The notes under the pieces were generated by a model that was given only the letters and a program-made list of their open reading frames with translations, made no database searches and had not been told where the DNA came from. A stretch of DNA of 64,000 nt, taken from assembly GCA_963851385.1 (NCBI GenBank), contig CAWKPE010000013.1, positions 233,753-297,752 of the forward strand. The letters run 5' to 3'. This DNA comes from an uncultured Bacteroidota bacterium. GTDB taxonomy: Bacteria > Bacteroidota > Bacteroidia > Bacteroidales > DTGW01. Of this stretch, positions 9,474-17,583 are shown piece after piece. The translations under genes were made by a program, and so were the position numbers. The first letter of the stretch is position 1, and each line of letters begins with the position of its first letter.

Positions 9474-10778
9474 ATGAAAACTATTAAATTATTTTTTCTT
9501 ATTAATTGTATAGTAGTGTTTTTTATAACTAATGTACAAGCGCAAACGAATGTTGCTGCTGCTCCTACCAAGCCGGTATTTTTAATAAATGGTACATGTT
9601 CCACTACACTTTCCTATATGAATGATGGTAATACATCTACATTAGCCAGTCTGTATTATCCTGGCGCTATTTCCTTTTATATTGATTTGGGGAATGGAGC
9701 TGCGAATTATTTTGATCTTACCTCTACAACAATTTATTGGGCAAGTGGAAATTATTTAACAAGTTATACTATATACACATCACCTGATAATACCAACTGG
9801 ACAGTTGCTGCAACAGCCACTAATTCAAGTCTTACAGATAAACAAACGCTTACTGCAGGTAAAACTTACGTCAGGTATGTGAAATTAATAGCAGGTAATT
9901 ATGTAAATCTCTATAATATTGGAATTTATGAATTTCAAGTATATGGTTCACCCAGTATTTCATTACCGGCTTCGTTCAGCACAATAAATGTTTCAAGTAC
10001 TGCTACTTTTGGTGCTACAGCTTCATTTACCGGGGGAATTACAGCAGGTGCTTTAAACACGCCAACTATAAATAATTCGGGTAACTTGAATCTGCAAACT
10101 GGCGGAACAAATAGAATCACTATTCTCAACCCAAGTGGTCAGGTAAATATTTTAAATGATTTTTCAGTTTCTGGTAATACAACTACAGGTGCTATTTCTG
10201 CAGCAAGCTTAACAACAACTGGAAATGTTGGTATTGGTGGTACTCCAGATGTAAATTCTAAATTAAAGATATATGGAAGCCAGCAATGGCATTTAGTTAC
10301 TGATGCAAATCTTGAAATTTTAAATTGGACTTTAGCAGGACCCAACTCCGTTACGTTTAATGCATTTAATGATGCAAATACTGCTGCTGCACCAATGGCA
10401 TTTTCTGCAAGTGTTTTTGTTTTTCATGCAGGAAATGTAGGTATAGGTTGCTCTAACCCAACTTCATTACTTACTGTAAATGGAGTAATAACAGCCCAGG
10501 AAGTAGATGTTAAAAACCCGGTGCCAGGTTGTGATTTTGTTTTTGAAAACAATTATAAATTAAAAAGTTTACCTGAAATTGAAAAATATGTTAAAGAATA
10601 CAAGCACCTGCCCGAAGTGCCTTCAGCCATAGATTTTGAAACCAAGGGTTGCAACATCGGAGAAATGAATAACATTTTACTGAAAAAAGTTGAAGAGCTT
10701 ACTCTTTTAATGATCGAACAAAACAAACGTATTGAAGCCCTTGAAAAAGAAAATGCAGCGCTTAAAACAACTAAATAA
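9474..10778 (+). CDS. Secreted discoidin (F5/8 type C)-like protein with tail-fibre-like repeats and conserved coiled-coil C-terminus
   Basis: Signal peptide ending ..NVQAQ. Discoidin-like ..YIDLG..YVRYVKL..IYEFQVYG. GNVGIG repeats. C-terminal ..DFVFENNYKLKSLPEIEKYVKEYKHLPEVPSA..LLKKVEELTLLMIEQNKRIEALEKEN, typical of Bacteroidota tail-fiber-domain proteins. Confidence 0.7.
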   Translation: MKTIKLFFLINCIVVFFITNVQAQTNVAAAPTKPVFLINGTCSTTLSYMNDGNTSTLASLYYPGAISFYIDLGNGAANYFDLTSTTIYWASGNYLTSYTIYTSPDNTNWTVAATATNSSLTDKQTLTAGKTYVRYVKLIAGNYVNLYNIGIYEFQVYGSPSISLPASFSTINVSSTATFGATASFTGGITAGALNTPTINNSGNLNLQTGGTNRITILNPSGQVNILNDFSVSGNTTTGAISAASLTTTGNVGIGGTPDVNSKLKIYGSQQWHLVTDANLEILNWTLAGPNSVTFNAFNDANTAAAPMAFSASVFVFHAGNVGIGCSNPTSLLTVNGVITAQEVDVKNPVPGCDFVFENNYKLKSLPEIEKYVKEYKHLPEVPSAIDFETKGCNIGEMNNILLKKVEELTLLMIEQNKRIEALEKENAALKTTK

Positions 10779-10856
10779 AAAGACATTTGCTAATACTGTA
10801 TACAAGTTTTATTTTACTAAACATTTTTAAAATGCAATAAATTTAAATTACAAGTA

Positions 10857-13800
10857 ATGAAAAAAATAATAATATGTTGTTTTGCCCTGCTGCTTTTTGT
10901 TAGTAGCTATGCACAGGAAGGGTGTCAAAAAAAAGGCTGGGATGCAGTAAAATACTATAATAGCGAACGTGAAAGAATACGTGACAGTGCTGAGTTTATT
11001 TTCCAGGGTGTGACTAATTCTATTGATTACTATAACCGTATTGATAAAAACGGCAAAGAATATGTTGCATATTCCCGAATTGTAAAAGTTACTAAAGTCT
11101 TCAGGGGCAAAATTAGGCCAGGCACAGTCGTTGAAATAGTTGGGAAAACGAGTTTCCAGGTTATCACCAATGAACCAAGAAAAACTAGAGACTTGAATGG
11201 CGATTCTCTTTTTGTATTTTTCTGCCGGTTAGCCAAAGAATTTCCTTATGACCCCAAATACAATATAAGCCCTGTAGACAACAAAATAATACTTACATCT
11301 TTCAGTGATATTGGGAATATTAGTATTATTCATCAAACTGGGCTCCGCAAAAAGTTTGCTTCAAAAGGAGAAATTTACAGGTATATCAGTACATTTCCAA
11401 ATATTAAAATGCCCGTTATTTCAAAAGAAGATACAGTTTTTCCGGATAGAATAATACATAAACCAATGACTTTGCCTGGGCATACAAAAGACTATATCGA
11501 TTCGGTGAAGCGCGTGAAAGAGTCTAAAAAAAAAATTAAATCATTAACCCTAAGTAATTCTGGGATAATACCTGTTCCGGCAACAGAAGAAATAATTAGG
11601 ACAAATGTCAAAGCACCAATATTAAAACCTTATTCTTCAAAACTTAAGTCTGCCACTGATGACGATTATGTCGATATTATATATGACGGTTATGATTATA
11701 CTGCTAATAGTAAAGATATTACTTTTTCTTATAATGGTAGTAATATAGATGTGACATTAACTTATGATGCTGAACTTGAAGAAGATGATATAAATATAGA
11801 AAGTGCCGTTTGGAGCTCAAGTGATGAATCTATTGTAAAGGTTGTCGATAATACTAATGGAGAGTTTAAAATTATAAAAGGGCCAGGTACAGCAACAATT
11901 AATTTAATTGTAACTTATGACTACCAATATTGCTATACAGATCCAACAACACAGAAACCAGTCTGTTTTCCAGAAACCACTTATGTGGCTGCTTCAGTCA
12001 ATATTGTTGTAACTGTTCCCGCCACAGGTGTTGATGTTGAGCCGAAAATAATAGCCCTTATGTATGCCGGCACATCAAGTGAATTAATAGCAACACCCAA
12101 ACCTTCCTATGGTACATATAAGATTATTCAATGGTACTCAAGTGATTTAAGTATTGCAACTATTAATGATAATTGCGATGGAACCTGTACCGTATATGCC
12201 ATTAGTTCTGGTACAGTTAATGTTTACGCTATACTCACTTTATTAGATGGCACCACAACATATAAAGATAATTGTAGTATTACAGTTTATCCATACATTA
12301 ATAATATAATAGCTAGCCCTGCTTTTAACGCAGGGGACAATCGTTGTTTTATTACAATTTCAGGCCAGGGTTTTGGCAATTCCCAGGGAAAGAGTTATAT
12401 ATCTTTTACTACCGCAGACGATGCCACTGGGACTATGTATCCGGACCCTGATAGTTATGATTATTTAACTAACTGGTCCCCTACACAAATACAAATGTGG
12501 TTACCTGGTCAAGTTAGTTATATTTATTTATATAATGAAACTATTGGTACGGGTGATGTAAATTTTACTTATATAGATGCTAATAATAATCAATACACAA
12601 GTAATTGCTATAATATTATAATTAATCATAACTATTTACAATATATTTCTCCTGATGGTTCACATAAGTATTGTGAAAAACCACATGAAACTTCTGTTAA
12701 TACAATAGCTTTTAGTCTTGATACCCATTTAAGTAATAATGCGAAAAATGCAATTAATCGTGCAATGGCCGATTGGAATTGCGCCCTTTCCAAAAATGGC
12801 ACTCCAATCAATTTTACAATTAACCAAGGCTCACCTAATCAAATATTAATAGGGTACCCTAATAATGATAATGCCATGGAAACAGATCCCTCCGGCACAC
12901 TAAATACTGCCGGTCAAGATTGTTATCTCACTATTAATACAATTACAATAAACAAAATAATGTACAACAATAATATTTTTTCTTTTACTTTACCAGGTCA
13001 AGGAATAATAGATGCAACTGAAGATAATTTTTATTTTGATATATTGCACGAATTCGGCCATGTGTTAGCATTAGGCCATGTAAATAATGCAGATGATTTG
13101 ATGAATTATACAGTTAATAATGTTTATGGTTTAAGTAATCCAAACAATGATAATTATGCACTTGTTGATGCACAAACCAGGATTACAGCAAGTGAAAATC
13201 GGGTCTGGATAACTGCTTCATGTGCTTCTACATGCATTGGCCCGTCATCACCAGTGCTTACAGCAACAAAAAATGGTTCATATAAAATAGACCTAAACTG
13301 GACATATTCGATGTCAGATGTAGATTCTTACAATCCTCCCAGCTTTGATATTTACCGGGATGGTACATTAATCAGTTGGTTACCTTATAGTAGTTTAATA
13401 GGCATATCGATCTAAGGTTCTCAATATTATTATCAGGATAATAATTTAAATGCAGGTACACAACATACTTACTGTGTAGTTGCAAAGAACTCAGATGGTG
13501 AGGGTTCATTTAATACAAATCCATCGAACCAATCCTCAGCCATTACAGATGCTGCGGCTCCATGTAGTTCAACGGGTTCAGTTCAGACTTCTTGTACTTC
13601 ATGCTATCCCACAATTACCTGGTCCGACAATTCAACAAACGCAACAAAATATAACATATTGCGCTCAAGTGATGGAATTAACTTTTCTCAAGTAGCTAGC
13701 GTGAACTCTACCAATTCAACATTATCTTATACCGATAATGTGTCGACCTGTACTGGTAAAGTATATTATTACAAAATTCAATCTGTGAATCCTGAAGGTA

Positions 13801-14348
13801 CTGCCAATTCATCTATTATTATTATTGGCTTTGCGTCATGCAGTAACACTTCAAATATAAATTACACAGCTTCTTCGCAGGTAAAGGCATATCAATACAC
13901 TACAGGCACAATAACAGCAGGCACAAATATTACCATTGGTAACGGAACGATTGTCGGTTTTTATGCAGGTTCCGGTATACAACTATTATCCGGTTTTTCT
14001 GCAGTAATTGGAAGTACTTTCCAGGCACAAATTGTAGCTTGTACAAGTAATACACAATCGGCTATGAAGGATAGCCTTGGCAATAATTCTATAACTGATG
14101 TTCCTGCAGTGAATACTGGCACAATAAAAATTTATCCAAACCCGACAACAGGTTTGCTTACTATTGAAACCGGTGAAAATAAAGCTACCATTGGAATTTA
14201 TAATATATATGGTAGTTTGTTGAAACTACAACAGCTAACGGGTAATATAAATCAAACCGATATTAGTAATCTGGCTGCAGGCACTTATATAATAAAAGTA
14301 GTTACTAATAGCGGACAGCAAAAAGAACAATTAATAATTAAAAAGTAA
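10857..14348 (+). pseudogene. T9SS-sorted multidomain metzincin-like surface protease (Big_2, IPT, HExxHxxxxxH, 2x FN3, Por C-terminal domain) with one in-frame TAA
   Basis: Frame 3 is open over 10857-13412 and 13416-14348, interrupted only by TAA at 13413-13415 inside an FN3 repeat (..DIYRDGTLISW..SI*GSQYYYQDNNLNAGTQHTYCVVAKN). HEFGHVLALGH. C-terminal IKIYPNPTTGLLTIE...GTYIIKV is a T9SS CTD. Confidence 0.75.
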
Positions 14349-14371
14349 AATTGCTTTTGCTTGAATAAATT

Positions 14372-14410
14372 AAAGAGGCTGCCTAATAATTAGATAGCCT
14401 CTTTATGTTT
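14372..14410. terminator. Hairpin between convergent genes (aaagaggct / agcctcttt)
   Basis: 9-bp stem and 15-nt loop, T-rich on both sides. Lies between the protease (+) and acyltransferase (-) 3' ends. Confidence 0.55.
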
Positions 14411-14477
14411 AAAAGGTCATCAACTCTGACAAACGTCTCGCTATTAAGCGTCGAACTAATTAATAAACATTACCCGT

Positions 14478-15629
14478 TTACAAGTGAAGATTAACCCAAA
14501 TTTTCCATTTATCTCTTAAATCCATAATTGGCTTTTCATAATATTTATAAATCAATGTGGAAAATACTATGACAACAGTCCAATATATTACATATAAAGC
14601 CCAAGCCGTGTGAACTCCACGAGGTGGAAAATGATCACGCATTATTTCAGAAACAAGCGCCAAATTAATCAAGTACATTGAATATGAAATTAAACTTATA
14701 TGAGTAAATATTTTTGTTATAATTAGTGGAGCTTTTTTAATACTGTCAAACTTTGGTAAAAGTAAAAAACATCCAATGCTTTGAAAAAATATTTGAAATA
14801 CTTTAGTAGAAAAGTCATTAGGCAACCAAGTTGTATAAAGAATTGTATAACTTATTACTAATCCTAATATAAAACTAAAATTTCTACTTTTAATCCAAGA
14901 ATTCGGAAACCAATATTTAATAAATGCAGCTAAAAGTCCTAATGCAATGCCATCTAAACGATAAATAACTACTTTAAATATTTTCACACCGAGCCAAAAT
15001 TGATCAACATTAAACTTCGATGCTTTAAAAAATCTTAAAAGAAATGGTATAAGCAAGAAAATTATAATTGCATAAAGAAAAATAGACTTTTTATTTATTT
15101 TATAGCCTTTTAAAATGAAATAAAAAATGCCTAGAATAATTGGAAATAGAAGGTAAAACCACTCTTCAATACTTAGGCTCCATGATTCCCAAAAGAAACC
15201 AGTAAATGGCCCGGAAAAATTTTGAAGAAAAAAGAAAAATTTCCAATTGAATTGTGAGAAATCTTCTTTAATTATTCCAAAATAAACAACAATTATATTT
15301 AGAATTAATATTAAATAATAGTTCGGTAAAGTACGAAACCAACGTCGAATCCAAAAATTACTAATTACTTTTATCCCAAATGAATTATTTTTTTTAAAAG
15401 TTTTTATCAATATTCCTCCAATTAGAAATCCACTAAGTACAAAGAATAACTCAACACCATTTATTAATCGAATCCAAGGAAAATTAGTATCAATTTTTTC
15501 TAGCATTGAGGCATGTCCCATGACAACAAAAATAATTGCAAGAGATCGCATTAAGTCAAGTCCAAATACTCTATTTTCATAATCTGGTCTTAATCGAAAT
15601 ATATTTATAAATCTATAAATTATAGCCAT
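14478..15629 (-). CDS. Acyltransferase family 3 integral membrane protein (OafA-like)
   Basis: ..GLDLMRSLAIIFVVMGHA.. plus about 10 hydrophobic segments. ATG at 15629 preferred over the TTG at 15647 in the ORF track. Confidence 0.75.
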   Translation of the reverse strand: MAIIYRFINIFRLRPDYENRVFGLDLMRSLAIIFVVMGHASMLEKIDTNFPWIRLINGVELFFVLSGFLIGGILIKTFKKNNSFGIKVISNFWIRRWFRTLPNYYLILILNIIVVYFGIIKEDFSQFNWKFFFFLQNFSGPFTGFFWESWSLSIEEWFYLLFPIILGIFYFILKGYKINKKSIFLYAIIIFLLIPFLLRFFKASKFNVDQFWLGVKIFKVVIYRLDGIALGLLAAFIKYWFPNSWIKSRNFSFILGLVISYTILYTTWLPNDFSTKVFQIFFQSIGCFLLLPKFDSIKKAPLIITKIFTHISLISYSMYLINLALVSEIMRDHFPPRGVHTAWALYVIYWTVVIVFSTLIYKYYEKPIMDLRDKWKIWVNLHL

Positions 15630-15679
15630 TTTCTTAGTACATAACAAAAATTATACAATGCATTGATTACTAATTAAAT

Positions 15680-15707
15680 GCACGCTTTTTGTTAATAAAA
15701 AGCGTGC
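15680..15707. terminator. Perfect 11-bp palindromic hairpin (gcacgcttttt-gttaat-aaaaagcgtgc)
   Basis: Read directly. Located upstream of the acyltransferase start, so it may insulate that gene from rightward-origin minus-strand transcription. Function uncertain. Confidence 0.35.
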
Positions 15708-15984
15708 AAAAATTTGTTTATCACATTGATATTCTATTTATTATCATCGTAAACCAAAACGATGTTAACTATGAATACCAATATTGACTGTAAAACTAAT
15801 CAATTCGTTGTAAAACTCAAAGAAAAAACCCAGTGGAACCTGAGGTTCTTCTTACAAAAATACAAAATTGGAGCGCTTTAAAGAAAAAGTAAGGATTTTG
15901 AAAAAAGAAAGTACTAAGGTTTCAGAGTTGAAAGAGTGTAAGCAAACCTTAACTCTTTCTCTGCAAATAAAAATAGGATTGAAT

Positions 15985-16131
15985 GGAGCAAGCTGGCTGC
16001 GTCCCGTGTGTAAAAAGTGAGTGTAGGGAATGAGACGGGTCCAGTGCAGTGTAATGAAATCTTATTTTGTGCGCCAGCTGGGGTCAGCCCCTATATAGCG
16101 CAAGTCTTCAGGACTTGTGCTTCTTATTCTT
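15985..16131 (+). ncRNA. Candidate free-standing structured sRNA (unclassified) with intrinsic terminator
   Basis: G+C-rich patch in AT-rich spacer with no ORF. Nested helices: 15991-16000/16071-16079 and 16003-16007/16035-16039. GGGG-TCAG-CCCC at 16080-16091. Terminator hairpin 16098-16120 followed by TTCTTATTCTT. Confidence 0.4.
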
Positions 16132-16215
16132 GCAGTTTATAACTGCCAATAAATATTATTTCTAATATAGTCTAAGTTAAAAACTTGAACTATTAAAGGG
16201 AATCCGGCTTTTGCT

Positions 16216-16419
16216 TTAAATATCTTCTTTATCAATACCCGCCTGTTTAAGGAGTGAAAAGAAAAGACCTTTGGCAAGGTCTTTATTGCCATGTACAGGA
16301 ACTATAATTGTTTTACCGGTTTTAGGGTTATAATACAAATGATGGCTGCCATTGGCACGTTTAAAGTAAAAGCCTCTTTTTTCTAGTACCCGGATTAATT
16401 TTTTAGCCGAATAGTTCAT
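16216..16419 (-). CDS. hicA: HicA family mRNA interferase toxin
   Basis: 67 aa. ..KKLIRVLEKRGFYFKRANGSHHLYYNP..GKTIIVPVHGNKDLAKGLFFSLLKQAGI is a canonical HicA pattern. 4-bp overlap with hicB. Confidence 0.85.
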   Translation of the reverse strand: MNYSAKKLIRVLEKRGFYFKRANGSHHLYYNPKTGKTIIVPVHGNKDLAKGLFFSLLKQAGIDKEDI

Positions 16420-16643
16420 GCTGTCTGCAGGTTTAAAGAGTATTCCAAAGTATCGCTATCATCGGGAATCTCTTCGCCACGTTCATGAAGCTCTTCAATA
16501 TAAAGCTCTATAGCTTCTTTTGCCATTTGAATAGCATGTTCTACTGTCTCGCCAAAAGTCATACAGCCAGGCAAAGCCGGCACAGAAACAGTATAAGAGC
16601 CTTCCGGCTCTTTGTGTATTAATATTTTATAAGTCAGTTGCAT
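16416..16643 (-). CDS. hicB: HicB family antitoxin (UPF0150)
   Basis: 75 aa. ..YKILIHKEPEGSYTVSVPALPGCMTFGETVEHAIQMAKEAIELYIEEL.. is a HicB N-domain pattern. Confidence 0.8.
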   Translation of the reverse strand: MQLTYKILIHKEPEGSYTVSVPALPGCMTFGETVEHAIQMAKEAIELYIEELHERGEEIPDDSDTLEYSLNLQTA

Positions 16644-16654
16644 ATTTTTATTTT

Positions 16655-16786
16655 TTAATGAGCCAATTGTAAAGCACTTGATAAAGCGTCTTTTAGTTTT
16701 TTCTTACCTACGGGAACATCCTCAAGAGAAAAGACGATTGTCGTTTCTTCGTCATTGAGTTCTTCAATAAGTTTTATTTTCCCTCG
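16655..16786 (-). pseudogene. Start-less 43-codon C-terminal gene remnant immediately upstream of hicB
   Basis: Open frame RGKIKLIEELNDEETTIVFSLEDVPVGKKKLKDALSSALQLAH*, bounded upstream by TAG with no ATG or GTG and only one TTG, three codons before the stop. Ends 11 nt before the hicB ATG. Confidence 0.3.
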
Positions 16787-16790
16787 CTAA

Positions 16791-16822
16791 GCGTAGTTTT
16801 TTTAACTACGCTTTTTTATTTT
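16791..16822 (+). terminator. Intrinsic-terminator-like hairpin (gcgtagtt-ttttt-aactacgc + TTTTTTATTTT)
   Basis: 8-bp stem followed by a T-run. No obvious + strand gene upstream. Confidence 0.5.
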
Positions 16823-17042
16823 GTAGTTTTCAACTACACCTACGGCTAAGCGAAGTATGCAAATATAAGAAAAAAGGAAGAAAGGCTAAACGTAGTTTTC
16901 TCTTAACCGCACTTTTTTAATAAAATTTGTGAAATTCGGCTATTACATTATTTATAAATATCTTTCCCAAATAGCGCATGTTTATTAATCTTGTGCCTCT
17001 TTCTCATGGAGTTTTTAACCCCTTAAATGGCGCAAGTTTCTG

Positions 17043-17201
17043 AGGGTGTCTCAAAAGTTATTTTTCATTGTCATTCCCGCGTTCCGAACCATCGGAAGCG
17101 GGAATCTATATATAATTGAGTGTGTGAAGATTCCCATTCCCGAAAGTTCGGGACATGGGAATGACAGTTTTGAGTTTTGAGCCACTTTTGAGACGGCCTC
17201 T
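17043..17201. mobile_element. MITE-like nested palindromic element (outer arms gagggtgtctcaaaagt / acttttgagacggcctc; inner tgtcattcccgcg..gggaatgaca hairpins)
   Basis: Outer arm pair 17043-17059/17185-17201. tgtcattccc 17070-17079 pairs with gggaatgaca 17158-17167. Internal hairpins at 17074-17106 and 17131-17163. Confidence 0.65.
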
Positions 17202-17281
17202 TTTTATTTTGTAGTTTCCCTAGCACGGAGTGTGTCCACTTACTTCAGAATACAATCCGCGCCAGCTTATGCCAACTTAAG

Positions 17282-17370
17282 GCAATTCAATGGTATTAGC
17301 AACCCGATCTTCTTTAAGATTATTCTGTTTCGAAATTAATTCAACGTGTTTCTGTATCATAATAAATTGG
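17282..17370. repeat. Direct repeat copy B (orphan tex 5' end; ATG at 17360, stop at 17277-17279 on the minus strand)
   Basis: Encodes MIQKHVELISKQNNLKEDRVANTIEL-P-stop, versus tex MIQKHVELISKQNNLKEDQVANTIEL.... Confidence 0.9.
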
Positions 17371-17460
17371 CAGTTGATTTTGGTCAGAATTCAAAAATAA
17401 TATTTATTATCCGTTAAAAATAATTACACGCATTAATCATTAAAAATAAGCTATGAATAT

Positions 17461-17496
17461 ATTGGCACATTGGCATATTGGCACATTAGCACATTT
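17461..17496. repeat. 8-bp tandem array attggcac/attggcat/attggcac/attagcac
   Basis: Read directly, ~90 nt upstream of the likely SusC start. Confidence 0.7.
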
Positions 17497-17583
17497 ATGT
17501 TTCAAGTTTGTTTGAAAGAGAAATTATCCTTAATATTGTATGCTAGTGAAAAAGTGTTAAATATCATAAGAAAATCTAAATCT

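Noticed and set aside
9081-9604. ORFs 9081..9281 and 9416..9604 in the spacer upstream of the discoidin-like gene
   Set aside because: They lie in extremely AT-rich, low-complexity spacer, the peptides are Lys/Leu/Ile-rich, and one overlaps the conserved leader motif and the start of the real gene. Judged spurious.
13480-13695. 71-aa ORF listed in the track
   Set aside because: It lies out of frame inside the continuous FN3-encoding frame 3 of the T9SS protease. Its Gln/Arg/His-rich, low-complexity sequence is typical of a shadow ORF.
15985-16131. Retron msr/msd or group II intron remnant as the identity of the structured patch
   Set aside because: There is no reverse-transcriptase ORF anywhere nearby, no domain-V-like sequence, and no long msd-type hairpin. 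It is kept only as an unclassified sRNA candidate.
17461-17496. TTGGCAC words as sigma-54 (-24/-12) promoters
   Set aside because: The GG-N10-GC spacing of the TGGCAC-N5-TTGCW consensus is not met. In the best case (36261-36275, tGGcacatctGCa) the spacing is about 7 nt. The words also occur as tandem arrays in both orientations.
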